A stretch of 64,000 nt of DNA from positions 54,034 to 118,033 of the forward strand of contig CAYQEJ010000003.1 in the NCBI GenBank assembly GCA_964416505.1. The letters are read 5' to 3'. The notes below the pieces were generated by a model, which saw only the letters and a list, made by a program, of their open reading frames with translations, was not told the DNA's origin and searched no databases. Shown one piece after another: positions 58,211-64,000 of the stretch. The position numbers and the translations under genes were made by a program. Source of the stretch: an uncultured Gammaproteobacteria bacterium. GTDB lineage: Bacteria > Patescibacteriota > Microgenomatia > Levybacterales > UBA12049. Each line of letters begins with the position of its first letter. Position 1 is the stretch's first letter.

Positions 58211-60379
58211 TTATGGATTTGGAGTTGGAGATGGAGAGAGCTCAGGATGAGCACAGTCTACGCAGTACCTATCTCCGGTATCATCAGTTATTACATAATG
58301 TTCTTTTAGTTCCAAATTATCAGTCTGTTTTGGATCTTTAGGAATATCTTGGGTGCCTTTGTCAACGTAAACATTCTGCTTACCAGGATCTCTTCTTTTT
58401 GGAAATTTATTCCTAATAAAGTAGTCAGATCTTGTTTCGCACGAGCTTCCTTCAGTTGGGAAAAGCCCAGAATATCGACAAACGTTCATTTTTATTGCAT
58501 CTTTCGGTGGTCTAAGGGGAGTTGTTTTTTTATCTTTTAATAAAAATTCCATAATTTCATGCCAGATGGGGGAGGCGCCTGTTACCCCTGATACTACAGC
58601 TCCCATAGGAGTATTATCATTATTTCCTACCCATGTTGTTACTACGTACTCCGGAGTATATCCAATTGTCCAATTGTCGCGGTAATCATTTGTAGTTCCT
58701 GTTTTTACAGAAACATATTGTCCGGGAAGATTAAGGACTGAATTAGTTCCAAATGCTAAAGCCCTAGCTCCGTTATCAGCTAAAATGTCAGAAATTATAA
58801 AAGTTACGCTTTCAGGGAGTACTCGTTTTCCAAAAATCATAGATTCGTTTTTCTTTTTTTCCAAAATTTTACCTCTATTGTCGGTTACTTCTAAGATTGG
58901 ATTTAAGTCTACGCGATATCCTTTGTTTGCAAAAACACCAAATGATGTTGTCATGTCTAACATGGTTACTTCTCCTCCTCCTAAGGTAAGCGATAAGCCG
59001 TATCTTTGGGGGTCTGTAAATGTATTAATTCCCATTGCTGATGCAGTTGCCATCATTACTTCAACTGTATTAAGCTTTAGCATTTTTACAGCAGGAATAT
59101 TTAAAGAAGACGCTAAGGATTCTCTCATAGTTACAGCGCCATGGAATTTCCCATCATAATTTTTGGGACAATATGCGGCACCTGCAGATTGAGGAAAACA
59201 AATTTCTTTATCTACAAATACTGTAGCTGCAGAGTAACCATTCAGAAGTCCAACAGCATAATTAATAGGCTTGATGGATGATCCTGGCTGTCTTAATGCG
59301 AGAGCTATGTTAACGTTTCCATCAATTGAGGAATCAAAATAATCTTTGCTTCCTACCATGGCTAATATATCTCCGTTTGCAGGATTTGTGACGACCGCCG
59401 CTCCATTTGAAACTCTCGCGAATCTTAGTTTTCCAACTTCAGTTGCTACAGCTAGTTCTGCAAATTCTTGGATGCTAGAATCTAGAGTAGTTTTTACTTT
59501 GAATCCTCCTTCATCTGTAAACTTTTTTCCATATTTTTTTTCCATCAAATCTTTTATATATAGTACAAAGTGGGGTGCGAGGATATTGTTGGATACGTTT
59601 TTATAAACTAGCTTTTCTTTTTTAGCATTTTCCTCTTCTTTTTGGCTTATATATCCTTGTTCTCTCATTTGGGAAAGAACAAGTTCTTGTCTTTCTTTTG
59701 CATACTCTGGGTGAGATCCAAATGGGGAGTAAAGAGTAGGGCTTTGGGGAAGACCTGCTAAGAGCGCAGCCTCAGCTAGTGTAAGGTCTTTTGCACTTTT
59801 GCCAAAAAAAGTTTTAGCTGCAGCTTCGATTCCATATGCGGTTCCTCCATATGGAATTTGGTTAAGGTACATTTCTAAAATCTGTGATTTGGAATAGAGA
59901 ATTTCTGTAATGAATGCTAGTACAACTTCTTTAACTTTTCTTTTTACGGATCTTTCGGGGGTTAAAAGGCTACTTTTGATAAGTTGTTGAGTTAAAGTTG
60001 AGCCTCCTTGTATAGGTTTTCCTGAGATATTTGAAACAAGAGCTCTTGTTATTCCTCTGACATCAATTGCGCCGTGTTTGTAAAAATCTTTATCTTCTAT
60101 TGCGATGGTGGCATCCTGTACGTTTTTTGGAATCTCTTTTAGTGGAATTTGAGTTCTATTTTTGTCTGAGTAGACCGTATATAGAAGTTTTCCGTTTCTG
60201 TCGAAAATTTGACTTGATTCTGGAATTGCGGTTGGATTATTAAGTCTAGTAGGGGACGGAAGATCTTTAAGTATATAATAGTAGGATAAAAATCCGACTA
60301 GAACTATCAAAAGCGCAACTAGAATTCCAAAATATCTCTTTTTTCTGAATTTTTTATATTGCTTTTCTATAAGCTGCAT
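58211..60379 (-). CDS. Class A penicillin-binding protein, tandem paralog
   Basis: IEDKDFYKHGAIDVRG, GGSTLTQQLIK, RKVKEVVLA, GSSIK, and SVKTGTTNDYRDNWTIGYTP. Same domain order as the adjacent PBP, but the sequence is clearly diverged. Confidence 0.85.
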   Translation of the reverse strand: MQLIEKQYKKFRKKRYFGILVALLIVLVGFLSYYYILKDLPSPTRLNNPTAIPESSQIFDRNGKLLYTVYSDKNRTQIPLKEIPKNVQDATIAIEDKDFYKHGAIDVRGITRALVSNISGKPIQGGSTLTQQLIKSSLLTPERSVKRKVKEVVLAFITEILYSKSQILEMYLNQIPYGGTAYGIEAAAKTFFGKSAKDLTLAEAALLAGLPQSPTLYSPFGSHPEYAKERQELVLSQMREQGYISQKEEENAKKEKLVYKNVSNNILAPHFVLYIKDLMEKKYGKKFTDEGGFKVKTTLDSSIQEFAELAVATEVGKLRFARVSNGAAVVTNPANGDILAMVGSKDYFDSSIDGNVNIALALRQPGSSIKPINYAVGLLNGYSAATVFVDKEICFPQSAGAAYCPKNYDGKFHGAVTMRESLASSLNIPAVKMLKLNTVEVMMATASAMGINTFTDPQRYGLSLTLGGGEVTMLDMTTSFGVFANKGYRVDLNPILEVTDNRGKILEKKKNESMIFGKRVLPESVTFIISDILADNGARALAFGTNSVLNLPGQYVSVKTGTTNDYRDNWTIGYTPEYVVTTWVGNNDNTPMGAVVSGVTGASPIWHEIMEFLLKDKKTTPLRPPKDAIKMNVCRYSGLFPTEGSSCETRSDYFIRNKFPKRRDPGKQNVYVDKGTQDIPKDPKQTDNLELKEHYVITDDTGDRYCVDCAHPELSPSPTPNP

Positions 60380-60438
60380 TAGAATTTAATCATACCATCC
60401 TGCTAGAGAAAGAAACAACAATTTACTATAATGATGAT

Positions 60439-61470
60439 GTGATTTCTCTTGAGCAGATTCAAGCATTTCTTCAATTTCTTACAATTCCATTTGTAAATTT
60501 TAATTTTATAGATTTAGCAATCATTTTTATTGTGGCTTTTTATATCCTTGAAGGTTATTCAATTGGATTTATAAGAGGATTTGCGGATTTTACTAGTTTT
60601 GTAGCGTCTTTCTTATTTGGTCTTACATTTTATGATATATTTGGTAGCTTTTTAGTAAGTAGTCTTAATATTCCTAAGGGTTTTGGAAATGCACTGGGTT
60701 TTTTTCTAGCAGCTTTTTTGTGCGAAATTACGATCACAATTTTACTAAGAAGTTTTGTATTGCCTTACTTACTTAAAAGAGCATCTGGTTTGGATTATCC
60801 TAAGAAAATGGGAAAAATCGCCGGAATATTCCCAGGATTTTTTTCATCTTTGGTTCTTTTAGCTTTTGTTCTTACTATGGTAGTTGCGCTTCCTTTGTCC
60901 CCATTCCTTAAAAATGCAGTTGCGTCTTCTCGTCTTGGAGAGCCGCTTGTGTCAAATATTCAAGGATTTGATAAAGAATTAAATAATGTGTTTGGTGGGG
61001 CAGTAAACGATGCTTTAACTTTCTTAACAGTTGAACCGAAAAGTGAAGAAATATTAGAACTTAATTTTAAAGCAACAAATATAAAAATTGATTCAGCTTC
61101 CGAAGCAGAAATGCTCGATTTGCTAAATAAGGAGAGAGAGAAAGCAGGCTTAAGTTCGCTTGAAAGGGATCAGAGTCTAACAGAGGTTGGAAGAGCTCAT
61201 TGTCGGGACATGCTTTTAAGAGGATATTTTTCGCACAATACTCCAGAAGGAAAGACGCCTTTTGATAGAATGACGGAAGCAGATATAGAATATCAATTTG
61301 CGGGAGAAAATCTAGCTCTTGCTCCAAGTACAAAGCTTGCAATGCAAGGGCTAATGAATAGTCCTGGACATCGAGCAAATATTCTTTCGCAGAATTTTGG
61401 AACCGTTGGGATTGGAGTGATTGATGGGGGAATCTACGGAGAAATGTTTTGCCAGGAATTTACGGATTAA
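60439..61470 (+). CDS. Fusion protein: CvpA-family membrane domain plus C-terminal CAP (SCP/PR-1/YkwD-like) domain
   Basis: Four TM helices with a CvpA-like N-terminus (DLAIIFIVAFYILEGYSIGFIRGFADF). The C-terminus ...GYFSHNTPEGKTPFDRM...GENLA...MNSPGHRANILSQNFGTVGIGV matches the CAP-domain consensus (HxxxR, GENL, S.GHR.NIL, G.G). Confidence 0.6.
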   Translation: MISLEQIQAFLQFLTIPFVNFNFIDLAIIFIVAFYILEGYSIGFIRGFADFTSFVASFLFGLTFYDIFGSFLVSSLNIPKGFGNALGFFLAAFLCEITITILLRSFVLPYLLKRASGLDYPKKMGKIAGIFPGFFSSLVLLAFVLTMVVALPLSPFLKNAVASSRLGEPLVSNIQGFDKELNNVFGGAVNDALTFLTVEPKSEEILELNFKATNIKIDSASEAEMLDLLNKEREKAGLSSLERDQSLTEVGRAHCRDMLLRGYFSHNTPEGKTPFDRMTEADIEYQFAGENLALAPSTKLAMQGLMNSPGHRANILSQNFGTVGIGVIDGGIYGEMFCQEFTD

Positions 61471-61471
61471 T

Positions 61472-62518
61472 ATGATTCATCTAGCGGGTTTAGATAAGGT
61501 AAATGTAAATAATAAAAGAGTAATCGTAAGGTGTGATTTTGATGTTCCTCTGGACGAGGATAAAAAAATTCTCGATGATACACGTTTGGTTTCTTCAGTC
61601 TCTACGATAGAGTTTTTAATTGAAAATGGTGCAACTGTAATTTTGGTTGGGCATTTAGGAAGGCCTAAGGGAAATGATTCTAATTTTAGTTTGGAGCCTG
61701 TTACGAGATGGTTTGAAGAGGAATTTCCTGGAATAGAAGTTAAAAAAACTCATTTAGGTGAGTTTGAGGGATGGAAGCTAAAAGAAAATCTTTTTCTGCT
61801 GGAAAATCTTAGGTTTTATGAAGAAGAGGAAAAAAATGATTCTTCTTTTTCTCATAAGCTTGCATACTTGGGAGATATATATGTTAATGAAGCTTTCGGT
61901 TCTTCGCACAGAGCACATGCATCAATAGTCGGAGTTGCAGGTCTTCTTCCTCATTTTGCTGGATTTCATTTTAGAAAAGAAGTTGCCATTCTTAGCAATT
62001 TAATCGACAATCCTAAAAGGCCTTTTACTTTTGTTGTAGGTGGAGCGAAAATTGAAACAAAACTTCCTTTAATTTCTAAGATGCATAAATTTGCAGATTA
62101 TGTTTTAGTTGGAGGTCAGATTGCGGAGCAAGCAAAAGTTTTAATGGAAGAACAGCATAGAAAGGGTCCTAATGAGAAAGCTATGCTTTTCGTAGCAGAT
62201 TCAACAATTGATAAAAATAACATTACTCAAAATAGTTTGGAAAACTTTATTCAGATAATTTCGAGATCAAATTGTATAGTTTGGAATGGGCCAATGGGTT
62301 TTATTGAAAATGGTTTTACGAATACAACAGAAGATTTAGCAAGTGCTATTCAAAAAACTAGTGCCTATAAAGTTATAGGAGGAGGAGACACGATCGGATT
62401 TTTAAATAAAAAGAATATGTTAGGAAAATTTGATTTTGTTTCTGTGGGTGGGGGAGCGATGTTAGAGTTTTTAGCTGGTGAATCTCTTCCTGGAATTATA
62501 GCTCTTCAGAATTCTTAG
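61472..62518 (+). CDS. pgk: Phosphoglycerate kinase
   Basis: RVIVRCDFDVPLDE, ILVGHLGRPKG, and C-terminal GGGDT...VSVGGGAMLEFL. Start at ATG 61472 (MIHLAGLDKV); the upstream 17 codons of the track ORF overlap the preceding gene. Confidence 0.85.
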   Translation: MIHLAGLDKVNVNNKRVIVRCDFDVPLDEDKKILDDTRLVSSVSTIEFLIENGATVILVGHLGRPKGNDSNFSLEPVTRWFEEEFPGIEVKKTHLGEFEGWKLKENLFLLENLRFYEEEEKNDSSFSHKLAYLGDIYVNEAFGSSHRAHASIVGVAGLLPHFAGFHFRKEVAILSNLIDNPKRPFTFVVGGAKIETKLPLISKMHKFADYVLVGGQIAEQAKVLMEEQHRKGPNEKAMLFVADSTIDKNNITQNSLENFIQIISRSNCIVWNGPMGFIENGFTNTTEDLASAIQKTSAYKVIGGGDTIGFLNKKNMLGKFDFVSVGGGAMLEFLAGESLPGIIALQNS

Positions 62519-62781
62519 TGAGGTCTTGATCCGCCGTTTCCGTTATGAGAAGAATTTCCTCCATTTGATCCTTTTAGATTTTTTCTGTGAATAATATCTC
62601 TTTGATTACCTCCTTGTTTGTAAGGCATTCTTGCATCTTTTTTCTCATCCCGTCTTCCTTTGTGTGCTCTGCTTAGTTCCATAGAAGATATAAGGTTTCT
62701 ATCGAAAACAACAATAGGCGCTATTGGAGCAATTGCTACGCTTTCGGCTAGTGGTGTTGCTAATTCTGAAAAACTCATAGC
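62515..62781 (-). CDS. Possible small basic protein with a low-complexity G/N/S-rich tail (88 aa from M24 of the track ORF)
   Basis: Exactly fills the pgk-cmk spacer. No homology recognised. Could be spurious. Confidence 0.25.
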   Translation of the reverse strand, partial: AMSFSELATPLAESVAIAPIAPIVVFDRNLISSMELSRAHKGRRDEKKDARMPYKQGGNQRDIIHRKNLKGSNGGNSSHNGNGGSRPH

Positions 62782-62850
62782 AAAAATTATAACATGGCCT
62801 GTCAAGCAATTCGACTTGATGAAAAAAGCATAAAGTTTTATAATCTTCAA

Positions 62851-63441
62851 ATGACACCTGCTGATTTAGGAGACATAAGAAATATCACCGTTTCAGGGAG
62901 AATTGCTTCAGGCTCTACAACTCTCGCAAAAAATTTGTCTGAAATATTAGGTTGGAGACATATCGAGGGGGGGGACATTTTTTGGGAAAGAGTAAGAACT
63001 AGGCTTGGTTTGGGATCCAAGGACACAGATAAAAGACCTGATGATGAAGATAAAATTTTTGATGAGGAGTTAAAAAAAATGCTTTCTGATGAAAAGGATT
63101 TAATTCTCGAAACAAAATTAGCTGGTTTTAATGCTCAGGGAATTCCGGGATTGTTTAAGATTCTAGTGGTATGTGAAGATTCTGCTGGAGAAGATCACAT
63201 GGATATCAGAATTGATAGGCTTATTAATCGTGAGCAACAGTCAATAGAATCAGCAAAGCAGGAAGTGATCCAGAGAGAAGTAAATGATATAGAAAAATGG
63301 AGAAGAATTTATGCAAACGGGGATGCAGATTGGGTTTATTGGGATAGAAAATATTATGATTTCGTGGTTAATACATATTCGCATAATGCGGAAGAAAGTC
63401 TTAAATTAGTGTTAGAAAAAATTGGCTACAAGAAAACTTGA
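62851..63441 (+). CDS. Cytidylate kinase-like (AAA/NMP-kinase family 2) protein
   Basis: P-loop ITVSGRIASGSTTLAKNLSEILGW, then WVYWDRKYYD... Start at internal ATG 62851 (MTPADLGDIRNITVSG). Confidence 0.55.
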   Translation: MTPADLGDIRNITVSGRIASGSTTLAKNLSEILGWRHIEGGDIFWERVRTRLGLGSKDTDKRPDDEDKIFDEELKKMLSDEKDLILETKLAGFNAQGIPGLFKILVVCEDSAGEDHMDIRIDRLINREQQSIESAKQEVIQREVNDIEKWRRIYANGDADWVYWDRKYYDFVVNTYSHNAEESLKLVLEKIGYKKT

Positions 63442-63488
63442 ATTTAAGAAGTTCTAGTGATAGAGTAGGCTTTTCCGCCCAAAAAAAT

Positions 63489-64000
63489 ATGAAGCGACTA
63501 ATGACAATATTTTTGGGAACAGTATTTTTTATAATTCTAGTTTCCGCCCCTACTCAGGCTCAGGTCACTTCTACTCCTACAGAAAGTATCCCAATCCCAA
63601 CAACAAGCTTAACGCCTAGTCCTACTCCAAAAACTGTTAACTACACTCTTCCATATCCTGGGATTCTTCCTGGAGGCCCACTTTATTCCTTAAAGATGGT
63701 AAGAGATAAGTTAATTGATTTATTTATGAGAGATTCTCTAAAGAAGGCAAATTTTTATCTTCTTCAGTCAGATAAGAGAATGGCGTCTGCTTTAATGCTT
63801 TATGAAAAAGGAGAAAATGATTTAGCAAATACTACTTTTTCTAAATCCCAAGTATATTTAGATAAGTCTTTAGGAAGGGCTAAGCAGGCAAAAAATAGTG
63901 GGGAAGACATAGGAGATATTTTTGCAAGAATAAAAAACTCTGCAATTAATCAAAAGCAGGTAATTGAAATTTTAAGTAAAAAATCAGGTAATAAGAGTGA
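63489..64000 (+). CDS. Secreted hypothetical protein (5' part; continues beyond the window)
   Basis: ATG 63489 with signal peptide MKRLMTIFLGTVFFIILVSAPTQA. The frame stays open to the window end. Confidence 0.45.
   Translation, partial: MKRLMTIFLGTVFFIILVSAPTQAQVTSTPTESIPIPTTSLTPSPTPKTVNYTLPYPGILPGGPLYSLKMVRDKLIDLFMRDSLKKANFYLLQSDKRMASALMLYEKGENDLANTTFSKSQVYLDKSLGRAKQAKNSGEDIGDIFARIKNSAINQKQVIEILSKKSGNKS

Overview
This 64 kb window is low-GC chromosomal sequence from a bacterium with a reduced-genome look (tight operons, overlapping genes, many bitopic secreted proteins), possibly of the CPR/Patescibacteria type. The left third is housekeeping: MarR, rpoD, dnaG, purA-purB, yifB/comM, ruvC-ruvA-ruvB, bL25, valS. 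It also contains the classic origin-region block jag-yidC-yidD-rnpA-rpmH divergent from dnaA-dnaN, with DnaA-box clusters on both sides of dnaA.

Directly downstream of dnaN, and convergent with it, lies a roughly 17-20 kb gene cluster (24030-41262, possibly extending to 43864). I read it as a minimal, Gram-positive-style type IV secretion or conjugation-like apparatus. Its parts are:
- a VirB4-like ATPase;
- a PrgI/VirB3-like membrane protein;
- a VirB6/TrbL-like polytopic protein;
- four tandem VirB2/TrbC-like pilin paralogs, two of which carry Cys-rich extra domains;
- two cell-wall hydrolase modules, one C39/CHAP-like cysteine peptidase and one Rpf-type transglycosylase domain fused to a polytopic membrane protein;
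- several bitopic membrane proteins;
- an ATPase-winged-helix regulator;
- two very large, GC-richer proteins without recognisable domains (1237 aa, and 812 aa with an internal tandem duplication).

No relaxase, VirD4 coupling protein or integrase is visible. A tRNA-Ser(TGA) sits inside the far edge of the cluster.

The right third contains three more tRNA-Ser genes, so all four Ser isoacceptors fall within about 5.5 kb, together with a tRNA-Arg that appears to carry anticodon GCG. It also holds NUDIX, comF and smpB followed by a tmRNA (ssrA) with a G3:U70 acceptor and a perfect terminator hairpin. Further along are a GC-rich atypical gene, a cell-wall neighbourhood (SpoIID/LytB, LytR_C, two tandem class A PBPs), rpe, a CvpA-CAP fusion, pgk and a cmk-like kinase.
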